Source: Lama guanicoe
Lineage: Eukaryota
DNA length: 64,000 nt
Direction of reading: 5' to 3'
NCBI GenBank assembly: GCA_013239625.1
Contig: MU054212.1
Coordinates: 2,356,001-2,420,000, forward strand
Part shown: one piece after another, positions 1-13,090 of the stretch
Numbering within the stretch: the stretch's first letter is position 1
Layout: every line of letters begins with the position of its first letter
The notes under the pieces: model-generated
The model's input: only the letters and a program-made list of their open reading frames with translations
Databases searched by the model: none
Told to the model about the DNA's origin: nothing
Made by a program: the position numbers and the translations under genes

Positions 1-284
1 TGCTGCTCAGTGACAGACTCCCTGGGCCACCTGCCGCCTGCATCTGCACCTACTGTCTACTGCCAGACAGCTCTCCTCCCTGCAGAGAGGGAAATAACAG
101 ATGGAATACTCTTAACAGAGTGGTGTAAAGAGACAAAATGCCAGCTAAACTGCGATGGAAAGTGAGGGTTCAACTCCTTTACTAGGACAGGGAAGTTGCT
201 AACGTTGGGAGCCAAGGAAATGGAGAGGCTGCCTTCACTCAGTCAAGGCAGCTGTTGTCATCATGGGTTTGGCATAGGCTGGTG

Positions 285-520
285 GTCGAGAGCTTATGTT
301 CTGGAGTCAGACCTGATGGACATCCCAGCCCACCACTCCCTAACACATAACAGAGGACAAGTATTTCACCCCCTCAGTCTTAGTCTCCCCATCAGGAGTA
401 ACACCTCCCTCACAGAACTGCTATTGTCCTTGCTGACACTAAAAGAGATGCTACATTTAAAGTCTCTTACAACGGTTTCTTAAGCTTGATATACAGTAAA
501 TACTCAATAAATATTAGTAT
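285..520 (+). mobile_element. MIR SINE (degenerate)
   Basis: ctggagtcagacctg ... ctcagtcttagtctccccatc core and tail cagtaaatactcaataaatattag resemble the MIR consensus. Confidence 0.7.
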
Positions 521-3500
521 ATAATTCCAGAGGAAAAGATACATGTAGGGTAGTTTTTTGGGGGGTGGGGAGAGAAATATTATGTATTTAGAATTTAGAA
601 TTTAGACTTAAACAAAGATCGATATGTTCAGAAAATGTGGAAGGCATGCGAATCAATGAGGTGAAAACCAGAGCAGAAACCTGAGTCCAGAGCAGAAAGA
701 AGGCTGGAATGGCAGCCCTGGGAGTGGAACCACTGACGAGAAGGTTGGGTGGAGACTGGAATCGACTCAGAAAGGCCGGAGAGAGAGGGAGAGGGACCCT
801 GGCTGTGCTCCAGGGAATAAATGCGCCATAAAATGCCTCCGAGGCAACAGAGAAAGCAATCAGAGAAGAAGCAAAGGGGAATCAAAGAATATGGCGCATT
901 TTATTGGAAGGGCAGTGAATGGAGGGAGGCACAACAAAGTGTTCAGAGCAACTCGGAGAGGGAGAACAGTTGGAAAGTCCACAGAGGAAGAGGTAAGAAA
1001 GCAGTCAGCTGTGACAGAGAGAAGAGGCAATGAAGAAACATAATAATACATAACGCTAGTTCAAAACAACGGCTGGGAATAGGGAATTGACGGCGAAGGG
1101 ATAAATACCAGCAATGAGGGAACTAAATATCATTAAAATGCACAATAGTTAATAACAATGAAGCTGAAGTCTTGAAGCAATTAATAAATTAATAAACAAT
1201 AACACAAAGTATAAAATGACTCAAGAAAACAGTGAAGTTATGAACATGACCATTTAGTGAGAGAAGGGCAGGGGTTCACTGGAGGAGAGAGAGGGGAGGA
1301 TGATTCAGCCGGATCACAGAAGTGCATGTTTCAGGTTCTGAGCTGCTAAAAGAGAAGAGAGGGGGGACAGATTCTAAACATTTACAAGCCAATGGATAGA
1401 AAAGCAGTTTCTGTGGCGAATGTTGCTCTCTGCCGTCCTGATGCAGCTGCCATCCCCAGGGCTATTCACCTACCACCATCATAAAATTATTTCAAGAACT
1501 GATGACCCAGACTGTGTAGATAATGGTGTGCACTATGCTAGGCTTCATACTAAAGGTCATTTCTGCAAGTAGCCACTAGGGAATTATTCTAAAAATGTAT
1601 GTCTTGAACCAGATTGGAGACCACACTCTTAGATTCAGCTTCTTCTCAGCTCCCAAGCCCCACTCTCAACCTTAACACATCTTTTTGAGTGGTTCTAACA
1701 GTCAGTAGGAATCCCCCAGGCCAGATGGAGGATCCCCAATGGCTATATCCACTCTCATCGGTCATGACCTCAGGGCACAGACCTAAAATTCTTGGTCATT
1801 ATGAGAGCTCCTCACACTCAGAACAGCATCCACCCACCTATGTGATTTGTTTTCAATATTTCTCCTCTGGAAACATAATTATGGTAATTAGGAGCACACT
1901 TCTTTTCCAAAGTATAGGTCAAGCCTTCTATTCTCTAAGTTCAAAGAATATTCTCTACTCCACGGAGCACCTCCAAAGCAAAAACAAAACAAAACAAAAC
2001 CCAAACAATAACAAAAACAAAAAGACGTGGGCTTGTCTAGCTCCCAAATAAGGCAAAAATTTTTACTGAGTTGGGGGATGAACAATAAAAAGGATTGTAA
2101 GCTGGTTAGACTAAGTTTAATAAACAAGTTTCTCTTTTTCTTTTAACGAGTTTGTCCCCTCTCCAATTTTTGTGACTTCAAGTTGTTATTCTTGTGACAT
2201 TTGCCCAGTGACACATTTCCAGAGTCAGGGACAAGTTTTTACCCTCCATTCCTGCCACACAGCACCTCCTATTTGTTTTTCCACATTGGTTTTCCTCCTC
2301 TCCTCCCCTCTCATGCCCAGCATCTCCTATTTAACCAGGATTTAATAGCTCACACTATGGCTCTGCCTGTAGCAGGGACTTAGCCACCAAAACACCCCCA
2401 TCTGCACAGAGAGCTCCTGAGCATTCTTACTTCCTAACTTTCAGAACAATAAGAAATAAAAATCATGAAGTAAGAAAACCAGACCCACAAAAGAAACAGC
2501 TGGTACACATTACAAATAATTCCAGGGTCAGTAGGGAAAGGATAAAAGGAAACAGAAGAAAAGAGAAATTAAAGGAATCACTGAGACTTTCCATAGAGTG
2601 GGGTATTAAAAATAACAAGATGACATTACCTTTCCATTTGCATAAAAATGTTAATAATCAGCCTTATACAATTAGTACTTGAATGTTTAATGTCTTCAAA
2701 GCAAGTAATTCTTGTTGAATGGGATCCATGACCTATAAATATAAATTGCATTTAGTATCAATAAAAGTAAAGGAATATTTTCCTTGAATCTATTGCTGCA
2801 AACATTAGCCTATTTCTCTTAAAGAACTATCCTGAAATGAAAGAAAGTCCAAAGGTGTAAGTTACAGCTCAACAGTTCCAACTTCAGTAAGTTCCTGGTA
2901 CATAAAACCTTCAGCTTAAAAGAGCAGAGGCCAAGCTTTGTTCTGGGCCTGGCACATAGCCTCTACTGCATAGGATTAAACACTGTGCATTGATCATGAC
3001 TTACTGATGATCACAATAATTAACATCAATTCTGGAGACAGTTAATAGACACATGGGGTGAACTTTTCACTTCAGTATCTACATTATTTGCTATTGGATA
3101 AACAATTTGTTTTTCCTGGGTTGGACATGAATTAAATTGATTCTAACCACTTTAAGTTTGATGCAATTGATACACTATTGTATCGCCTTTTAATGTTAGG
3201 TTCCTTGCATGTATATAGGTTCAGAGATATAAAGAAATCTATTTCCTGATCTTGTTTTCATGACAAAGAAAGCCAGCTTCAACAACTGTACAATGAAATC
3301 TTCCCTTAACTGAATGAAAAACAGTAACAGAAGAAAACAAAACCCAGGAGTTACCATTCTCATCAACGAATTTAATGATGGCCTTTTGTACCCTGCACTA
3401 TTCCTTCTGAGGAAAGCAGCGACAGAAAGGGAAGCAGACGTCACCTCGTCTAGGCTGCTTATTTCACCAATGAAACCTCTGAATACAAAGTCAAGCAACT

Positions 3501-3784
3501 AATTACCAATGAGCTAGGATGACAGCATCCTGGTTTCCTGGTTCCCTGGTCTGCACTCTGCCACTTACTTGCCGAAGTCTTGGTTACCCTTTTTTGCCAT
3601 TATAACACAATTAGCCTATAATATTGGTGTTCAGTTGTCTTTTAACATCAGTATTATGGAAGAATACCACTAAACGAATCTAATTACATCACTAACACTT
3701 CTTATAAATTGGTGATATTTTTAGAATCCCCAAAATGTCAATTTCAAGGACACAGAGGACCCTATTTAAGTTCCAACCGACAAA

Positions 3785-4430
3785 TATTAGCTAATACTTG
3801 TTGAGCACTTAAGAGTGTGTGAGACTGTACTGTTTCCCATAATCTCATTTACTCCACAATAATACTATAAAGTTCACACTAATATTCTTTCTCTTAAAGA
3901 GGAGGAAACCATGAGTTCATTCCTCACCCTTTCCCTAGCTTCCTTTGGTTTTCTAGGAAGACTAATCCCTGTAAACTAAGGTTCCCAGGCTCCTCTGCCA
4001 GGGGTTCAGCCAGTGGTAGGCACTGGAAGGACACAAGAGGGCAGCATCGAGGGAGGTCACCTCCCTCCCCTTGTGTGGTGCACTCTCTCCCACAGGTGCT
4101 GCTTCTCAGTGGTTCCACTTCTTGCTGGACAGCTTCTCCCTTCTGGATCCTAGTCTCTGTTAACACCCTCCCATTCTTTGTCCCTCTAGCCCCAAAAGAA
4201 GTCGCAGCTTCCTTGTGTAATAAATCTTGGGGTTGCCTTTCTATTTCTTTTTTAACTTTTTAGTCTTTCCAACACCTTTGCCCTAAGTTATTGAAATTAA
4301 ATGCCAACTGTTGAACTACCTGGTCTTTTTCTGATTGGATGTTGACAGATACACTTAGGTAAGCCAGAGATTTAAAGAGCATAGGCTGAGTTTGAACTTA
4401 GGCTGTCTGACCAAATTCATGCATTTAACC
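3785..4430 (-). mobile_element. MIR split by an LTR (pieces ~3785-3915 and ~4355-4430)
   Basis: ttgttgagcactta...gaggaggaaacc, then gtttgaacttaggctgtctgac...catttaacc after the LTR; reverse MIR pattern. Confidence 0.6.
3918..4352. mobile_element. ERVL-class solo LTR (LTR33/LTR16-like)
   Basis: ttcccaggctcctctgccaggggttcagccagtggtaggcactgg motif typical of LTR33-type elements. Confidence 0.55.
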
Positions 4431-4975
4431 TTGAAAGGTTCTTGTTTCCTACAGTGCCATAGACTAAGCTGGTTGTCTTCAAACTGTCTATTCACTTTTT
4501 TGATTGCACACCTTTATGAAGAAAAAGTCTGTAAGCATGGACCATAACACATGTGTATTTATTTATAAATTATATGTAAGTAGTACTACTGCATTGTATG
4601 TTAAACACTAGTAAAACTTAAATCATATTCATTTTATTTTGTTTTGCTTAGCTCTGATATTTTTCTCTACACCAGAGAAAGCCATCATACCCAGTTTTTG
4701 AATGTAGCAGAAATATGCCTTTAATTCTTTTTTGCTGTTGTATAATTTCAGCCACTTTCTTTTGCGGCAAGGACATAGTCTGTAGAAGAGCTCCATGTTT
4801 TCTCTTCCTTCCTTAGCTCTCTCCCTTGTCTCTTTCCCTATCAACTGTGGGATGGAAACAGCAGAGCTAAGGAATGAGGTGCTGAGGAGGCAGTGAAGAG
4901 ACAAGTAGGGATGAAAGTCTCAAATATTTTTTAATATCAGTTTGCACTCTAGAAACAGATAAGAATTTTCATCAT

Positions 4976-5745
4976 CTTTTTTATGACAGCTTCATTAAGA
5001 TATAATTCACATACCATAAAATTCACTCTATGAACATATATAATATAATGATTTCTAGTATATTCACAGAGCTATGCAACCATCATCATTAGCTAATTTT
5101 AGAACATATCCATCATCTGAAAAAGAAACCCATATCCATTAGTAGTCAGTCCCCACTTCCCTTGCCCCCAGCCTCTGGCAACCACTAATCTGCTTTCTGT
5201 CTCTATGGATTTGCCTATTCTGGACATTTCATACGAGGAGAGTCATACAGTATGTGGCTTTTGGTGATTGCTTCTTTCACTCACCATGTTTTCAAGGTTC
5301 ATCCACATTGTAGTACACATCAATACTTCACTTCTTTTATGGCCAACTAATATTCCATTGTATGGATATACCAAATTTTGCTTATCCATGCATCAGTTGA
5401 TGGACATTTAGGTTGTTTCCACTTTTTAGCTACTGTGAATAGTGCTGCTATGAATTCTTACACAAGTTTTTGTGTGTATGTATGTTTGCATTTCTGTTCA
5501 GCCTAGGGAGTAGAATTACTGAGACATGTGGTAACTGTATGCTTAATATTTTAAAGAAGTACAAACTGTTCTCCAAAGTGGCTGCACCATTTTACATTCC
5601 CACCTGCAGGAATATCTGCAGGCTTCTATTTTTTCATATCCTCGCCAATGCTTCTTATCTGTCTTTTTTCATTTTATCCATTCTGATGCATAAGTGGTAT
5701 CTCAGTTTAGTTTTGATTTGCATTTCCTTAATTATTCAACATCTT
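4976..5745 (-). mobile_element. L1MB-type LINE-1 3' end
   Basis: ttttttatgacagcttcattaagatataattcacataccataaaattcac... gcaaccactaatctgctttctgtctctatggatttgcctattctggacatttcat: canonical L1MB 3' UTR in reverse. Confidence 0.9.
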
Positions 5746-5941
5746 TTAAAAGCTAAATATTTAACATTAATAAAATAATTTATTAATAGTAAATATTAAT
5801 CTATTTTCAGTGAACGAAACATAAAAGGTAACTAATTTCATTTGCACAAGAAGAACATTCCAGTGCTCTGATAAAATGCATAAAAATAACAATGTAAAAG
5901 CAAAGCAACCATTCCATTTAGAAATGCAACTGTACCAACAC

Positions 5942-6678
5942 ATTTTCTTATTTCCCTTTTGATTTCTTCTTTGACCCATTGGTTGTTCAGGAGTCTATTG
6001 TTTAATTTCCACATATTTGTAGATTTTCCAGTTTTCTTCTTGTTGTTGATGTCTAGTCTTACACCATTGTGGTCAGAAAAGATCTGCAGTATGATTTCAG
6101 TTGTCTTAAATTTGCTAACATTTTGTTTTGTGGCCTACCATATGATCTATCCAGGAAAACGTTCAATGCATACTTGAGAAAAATGAACATTCTGCTGTTG
6201 TTGGATAAAATGGCCTATATATGTCTGTTAGTTCCATTAGGTCTAAGTATGGTTCAAGTCCATTGTTTCCTTGTTCTCTGATTTTCTCTCTGGATGATCT
6301 ATCCATTACTGAATGTAGGGTATTGAAGTCCCCTACTATTATTGTATTGTTTATTTCTCTCTTCAGAAATGTTAGTATTTGCTTGGTATATTTAGATGCT
6401 CTAATGTTGAGTGCATATGTATTTGTGATTATTATGTCTTCTTGATAAGTTGACCCTTTTGTTATTACATAATGACCTTCTTTCTGTCTTGTTACTATTC
6501 TTGACTTAAAGTCTATTTTGTCTTATGTAAGCATAGCTACTTCTGCTCTCCTTTGGTTCCCACTTACATAAAATATCTTTTTCCATTGCTTCACTTTGAG
6601 CCTATGGGTGACTTTAAAGCTTGAGTGAGTCTCTTGTAGGTAGCATATAGTTGGCTCTTGTTTTCTAATTCATCCATT
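5942..6678 (-). mobile_element. LINE-1 ORF2 endonuclease-region fragment (inverted part)
   Basis: ttgacccattggttgttcaggag...ccattgtggtcagaaaag...gtattgaagtcccctactattattg...gtctcttgtaggtagcatatagttgg: reverse L1 ORF2 5' region. Confidence 0.9.
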
Positions 6679-7111
6679 TTTCCAAAGAAGATATACAAAT
6701 GGCCAAAAGGTATATGAAAAGATGTGCAACATGACTAATTATTAGGGAAATGAAAATCAAAACCTCAATAAGATATCACCTCTCACCTATTAGAATGGCT
6801 ATTGTCAAAAAGACAACAGATAACAAGTTTTGGCAAGGATGTAGAGAAAAAGGAATCCTGTGTGCATTGTTGGTGGGAATGTAAATTGACATAGTCACTA
6901 TGGAAAACAATATGGAGTTTCTCAAAAAATTAAAAATAGAACTACCATAAGATCCAGCAATTCCACTTTTGGATGTATAGCCAAAGGAAAGGAAAACAGG
7001 ATGTTGAAGAGACACCTGCACTCTCATGTTTTTTGCAGCATAATTCAGAATAGCCAAGATATGGAAACAACCTAAGTGTCTGTCTATGGATGAATAGATA
7101 AAGAATATGTG

Positions 7112-7154
<43 letters not shown>

Positions 7155-7690
7155 TATATATCTGTACATATATATATATGAACATTATTCAGCCATGAGC
7201 AAGAGGGACATTTTGTCATTTCCAACAACATGGAAGGAAATGGAGGACATTATGCCAAATGAGATAAGTCAGACAGAGAAAGATAAATACTGTATGGTAT
7301 TACTTACATGTGGAATCTTAAAAAGCCAAATTCACAGAAACAGAAAGTAGAATGATGGCTACCAGGGGCTGGGGGAAGTGGAGGGGAATGATGAGATTTT
7401 GGCCAAAGAGTATAAACTTCCAGTTGGAAGACGAATAAGTTCTGGGGATATAATGCACAAATTTCTGATTATAGATAACAGTACTGTACTATATACTTGA
7501 AAGTTGCTTAGAGAGTAACTCTTAAATGTTCTCATCACAAAAAAGAAATGGTAATTATATGACATGATGGATGCATTAGCTAACACTAAGGTGGTAACCA
7601 TACTGTAATATATAAAGGTATCAAATCAGCACATTGTACACCTTAAATTTACAAAATATCATAGCTCAATTATATCTCAGTAAAATTTGG
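6675..7690 (+). mobile_element. LINE-1 ORF2 C-terminus and 3' UTR (L1MA/L1MB-like)
   Basis: catttttccaaagaagatatacaaatggcc (HFSKEDIQMA), gatccagcaattccacttttgg, tggaaacaacctaagtgtc, 3' UTR ending ttgtacaccttaaattt...tatatctcagtaaa. Confidence 0.92.
7111..7178. repeat. Compound microsatellite (GATA)n(GACA)n(TA)n inside L1
   Basis: direct reading. Confidence 0.95.
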
Positions 7691-7814
7691 TGGAAGATAC
7701 CTTTTTATTTTTGTCAACTTAAGAATATACAGTAAGAAATAATTTTGAAAAACTTCTTTAAAATAACAATTTATGTAACTGTGTTGTCCAAATCAATCCC
7801 ATTCTTAATAAATG

Positions 7815-8080
7815 TTTGTGTCTTATCTATCAGTTTTATAGAAATGTGTTAAAAATCTTCTATGGATTTGTCCATTTATACCTATAATTTTTTCAGTTTT
7901 TTTCCTTTCTGTTTTTGAGGATATGTTAAGTGTATACAAATTTCTGACTGTTTTATCTAATTGGTGAACTGTTTCATTTATTGCTATGCAACATCTCAAT
8001 TCATTACAATTGTGTCTGTGCTAAATTCTTTCTTAAGGCATTAATATTGCTATGCTAATTTTTTGGAAATCTTGCTTGAT
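7815..8080 (-). mobile_element. Old L1M (L1ME-like) ORF2 fragment
   Basis: gtgttaaaaatcttctatggatttgtccattt...tttgaggatatgttaagtgtatac: degenerate reverse L1 EN region. Confidence 0.6.
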
Positions 8081-8081
8081 A

Positions 8082-8500
8082 TGATAGGTAGAATAATGGC
8101 CCCTCAAATACTGTTTACATCCTAATCTGTGAAACCTGTAAACTTGTTACCTTAATTGACAAAAAGGAGATTATAGTATGATTAAGGATCTTGAGGTGGG
8201 AACATTATCCTGAATTATCCCAGTGAGTCCAATATAATCACAAGGGTCATTAGAAGAGGAAGACAGGAGAGTCAGAGTCAGAGAAGATGACCAAAGTGGA
8301 AGCAGGAGCGATACAATTGCTGGAACAGGGCCATAAGCCAAGGAATGTGGGCAGTATCTGAAAGTTGGAAAAGGCAAGGAATGGGCTCTCCCCTAAAGCC
8401 TCCAGAAGGAATGTAGTCCTGACAACTTCTTTCACCCTCTTAAGACTCTTTTCAGACTTCTGACGTCCAGAATTGTAAGCTGAAGTTCTGTTGTTTTAAG
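8082..8500 (+). mobile_element. MLT1 (MLT1C/D-like) MaLR solo LTR
   Basis: tgataggtagaataatggcccctcaa...attatcctgaattatcccagtgagtccaatataatcacaagggtc...tccagaattgtaag...ttgttttaag. Confidence 0.85.
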
Positions 8501-8879
8501 TTTAAAAATTAAAAAAAGAAAAGAAAAGAAAAGAAGGAAAAAGAAATGGAACCATGACCTTAAAAACTATAAATTTTAAATACAATAAAACTGACCTCTC
8601 CTCACCCCTGAACTCTAGCCTCTGCCACATTTTAAGGAACCTACGGTCTCTTAAAACAGGGTCTGTATTCTTAACCACCAAGCTAATTCAATTAGTTAGG
8701 CAGTAATTTGATTAACATTTCCAGCTCATTCATTAAAACTACTCCTACAATGGGCCACATTTTAGAACACCATATTTTTTGTTTTTCTTATTCATTTTTA
8801 ATTGAAATGCATAATTATTGTTAATCCTTGATAAGTATCAGTTTTTGCTACCTTTCCTCAACTTTCTGCTGCTGCTGCT

Positions 8880-9010
8880 GTGTGAGGTCGTGGTGCCTGG
8901 CTCTGCAGCAGCCATCTTGCCCCTCTGGGGACAAAAGTCAGTACACTGAGGATGCTAGAGCCTCAAAACGGAAAGAAACCAGTTTAAATGAGTCTGAAAG
9001 GCTCAAGGCC
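8880..9010 (+). mobile_element. Old MLT1 (H/J-like) fragment
   Basis: gtggtgcctggctctgcagcagccatcttgcc...tgaggatgctagagc. Confidence 0.5.
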
Positions 9011-12000
9011 CCAAAGCAATTCACTTTCAGCGGCCAGGGTTTTTCTACTTCTAAGTCTCAGAGCTTGCTTTCGAGAGTTAATGTGCACCGAGGAAAAAAA
9101 TAACAAAAATAAAAATAAAACTCATTCAGACTGTCCCGATCATGGCCCCAGTTGCTAGCTGAAACTCATCTGAGGAGTGAAAGCATAGAAAAGATGTATT
9201 TCTCTAACTGGCATTTTCCACACACACCTGCTTTCAGACTGGAAATATCTGACTTCCAGAACAATGCCTCGTCCCTTGGGGTCAATTCCTCTAACTGCTG
9301 AACTCCTTCCTCTTGCAAAGCTTCCACATAGCTAGCCTAGGGTAGTCTTGATGTAGCTAAACCTCAAACTGCTCAAAATCTCTATAAAAGCCTCAATTCC
9401 CAGGACATTTCAGGTTCAAGTCTCTAAGTGTGCTTATGCTCTCCGGGCATAAATTGAGCAGGACCGTAGGGATCTCACATTGGCTACCTTTTTTGACGGC
9501 TCATGGGAGAAGACACTTAAAAACAGAACTTTCTGAAACAGCCCACTATAAATACAAAAATCTTAACCCCTGACCCCAGATTCAATTAGGTTTCCCTGTT
9601 AAATACTCTTAAGAGCACTCAGCACTTTTCTTTCATGCCATTTATCAAAGCTTATTACTCAATACTCATTAGTGTTTATATTTGGTCCATAAAGTAGGAA
9701 CCGTATCAGTTCTGCTTACCACTGCATTCCCAGTGGATGAATGAAGGCATGTTTCATTCATTCATTGGGCCATGAAAGATTCAGATGGAACACCGTCCTC
9801 TTAGTTTAGAACATGCCCTTGCCCTTGAGAATGGAAGTTCTGAGATTATAAAGCAAGTCGGTTACCTGAACACTTTCTCTGTGGCCTTATCACTTGAAAG
9901 CTGGGGGTCCTTGTAGACTTACCAACATCGGGGACAACACACACTAGAATGAAACTCTTTCCCAAATTCTCTGTGTGTGGGTTAGTGCTTGACTCTGTCC
10001 CTTGAGTATACCACCCTCTTCCCATTGCCCTGCCAAGTCAAGAATCAGTTTCCAGCCCTCTCTACTAAGAAGGCCCTTGATATCATGGGTTGTGTAGTCA
10101 GTTGCACTGAAGCTTAGTTTGGGGTCACTCAGATTCCAAAACTTCCCAAAGAGACAGTATTGGTCAGCAATACGCAGGATGCTTTTAGAATGGAGTATAT
10201 GAAGTACACATATTCAACGTATGTCTTTTTTTTCCATATTACTGATTACCAAAGAACATCTTAAAAATGTAGAATTCGCTCATCAATTGCATTTGAATTG
10301 GTTATCATGACATCATTAGCATTACTGACATTCCATTTCATAATGTAAAATCTTTAGTAAAACACTGAAGTGTCCAGCTCTATATTATACCATTCTAATC
10401 TCTTGTGATATACACGTTAGCACCTTCATTTTATTTCCCTAGGAAACTTTTCCTAATTTCAGATACTGGAAATGCAAGCCACTCTACACCAAACACATCA
10501 GAGGACTTCTGCGTTATGAGAGGAATATGTGTACAGAGATCAGCACAACACAGATGGGTTTGCCAAGAAAGAACTGATGCCTATCTTCAGGGCCCTCACC
10601 TACAGCTTCTTCCAAGGACCCAGGAGTCTCCCCAGCAATGTGCTAACAAAATCACACATATTTTTGTAAATTTTACAGAAGTCAGCTGTTTATGCTCTGT
10701 TTTCATACAAAAAAGCCCCTAAATTATATAAGCTTAAAATAAGTTTTACAGGTTCAACCCAGAAGCTGAAAACCTACATCTACAACCAAAGAGGGAAATT
10801 TAGAAAACTCTGATATTGGTCTGTGTCTCACTACCTAACAGATAATTTCTTTCAGTTGGGAAGAACCACCTGAAATATTTTCTCTGTCACTTTAGTCCTT
10901 TTTTCTGTTTTTTTTTTTAACCAAATCATGAATGCCCATTCTTTATGAAGCAAAAGATGTTGACAGATTATGCTCTGGGTTCCCCTCCCCAGTTTCAGTT
11001 TGAGGATGCATAGCATTTTGTTGGGGGGGGGGAAAAGAAACCAGTTTAAATGAGTGTGAAAGGCTCAAGGCCCCAAAGCAATTCACTTTCAGCGGCCAGG
11101 GTTTTTCTACTTCTAAGTCTTAGAGCTTGCTTTCGAGAGTTAATGTGCACCGAGGAAAAAAATAACAAAAATAAAAATAAAACTCATTCAGACTGTCCCG
11201 ATCATGGCCCCAGTTGCTAGCTGAAACTCATCTGAGGAGTGAAAGCATAGAAAAGATGTATTTCTCTAACTGGCATTTTCCACACACACCTGCTTTCAGA
11301 CTGGAAATATCTGACTTCCAGAACAATGCCTCGTCCCTTGGGGTCAATTCCTCTAACTGCTGAACTCCTTCCTCTTGCAAAGCTTCCACATAGCTAGCCT
11401 AGGGTAGTCTTGATGTAGCTAAACCTCAAACTGCTCAAAATCTCTATAAAAGCCTCAATTCCCAGGACATTTCAGGTTCAAGTCTCTAAGTGTGCTTATG
11501 CTCTCCGGGCATAAATTGAGCAGGACCGTAGGGATCTCACATCGGCTACCTTTTTTGACGGCTCATGGGAGAAGACACTTAAAAACAGAACTTTCTGAAA
11601 CAGCCCACTATAAATACAAAAATCTTAACCCCTGACCCCAGATTCAATTAGGTTTCCCTGTTAAATACTCTTAAGAGCACTCAGCACTTTTCTTTCATGC
11701 CATTTATCAAAGCTTATTACTCAATACTCATTAGTGTTTATATTTGGTCCATAAAGTAGGAACCGTATCAGTTCTGCTTACCACTGCATTCCCAGTGGAT
11801 GAATGAAGGCATGTTTCATTCATTCATTGGGCCATGAAAGATTCAGATGGAACACCGTCCTCTTAGTTTAGAACATGCCCTTGCCCTTGAGAATGGAAGT
11901 TCTGAGATTATAAAGCAAGTCGGTTACCTGAACACTTACTCTGTGGCCTTATCACTTGAAAGCTGGGGGTCCTTGTAGGCTTACCAACATTGGGGACAAC

Positions 12001-13090
12001 ACACACTAGAATGAAACTCTTTTCCAAATTCTCTGTGTGTGGGTTAGTGCTTGACTCTGTCCCTTGAGTATACCACCCTCTTCCCATTGCCCTGCCAAGT
12101 CAAGAATCAGTTTCCAGCCCTCTCTACTAAGAAGGCCCTTGATATCATGGGTTGTGTAGTCAGTTGCACTGAAGCTTAGTTTGGGGTCACTCAGATTCCA
12201 AAACTTCCCAAAGAGACAGTATTGGTCAGCAATACGCAGGATGCTTTTAGAATGGAGTATATGAAGTACACATATTCAACGTATGTCTTTTTTTTTCCAT
12301 ATTACTGATTACCAAAGAACATCTTAAAAGTGTAGAATTCGCTCATCAATTGCATTTGAATTGGTTATCATGACATCATTAGCATTACTGACATTCCATT
12401 TCATAATGTAAAATCTTTAGTAAAACACTGAAGTGTCCAGCTCTATATTATACCATTCTAATCTCTTGTGATATACACGTTAGCACCTTCATTTTATTTC
12501 CCTAGGAAACTTTTCCTAATTTCAGATACTGGAAATGCAAGCCACTCTACACCAAACACATCAGAGGACTTCTGCGTTATGAGAGGAATATGCGTACAGA
12601 GATCAGCACAACACAGATGGGTTTGCCAAGAAAGAACTGATGCCTATCTTCAGGGCCCTCACCTACAGCTTCTTCCAAGGACCCAGGAGTCTCCCCAGCA
12701 ATGTGCTAACAAAATCACACATATTTTTGTAAATTTTACAGAAGTCAGCTGTTTATGCTCTGTTTTCATACAAAAAAGCCCCTAAATTATATAAGCTTAA
12801 AATAAGTTTTACAGGTTCAACCCAGAAGCTGAAAACCTACATCTACAACCAAAGAGGGAAATTTAGAAAACTCTGATATTGGTCTGTGTCTCACTACCTA
12901 ACAGATAATTTCTTTCAGTTGGGAAGAACCACCTGAAATATTTTCTCTGTCACTTTAGTCCTTTTTTCTGTTTTTTTTTTTAACCAAATCATGAATGCCC
13001 ATTCTTTATGAAGCAAAAGATGTTGACAGATTATGCTCTGTGGTTCCCTTCCCAGCTTCAGTTTGAGGATGCATAGCATTTTGTTGGGGG
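8972..13090 (+). repeat. Tandem duplication, two ~2062-bp copies (8972-11033 and 11034-13090), about 99% identical
   Basis: Direct comparison at offset 2062/2063; identical 105-aa ORFs at 10405 and 12468. Confidence 0.99.

Noticed and set aside
6776..7231. Longest ORF (151 aa, minus strand)
   Set aside because: Antisense reading of the L1 3' region plus a microsatellite
10405..12785. Two identical 105-aa ORFs suggesting a duplicated gene
   Set aside because: A by-product of the tandem duplication; GTG start, no recognisable domain or exon structure
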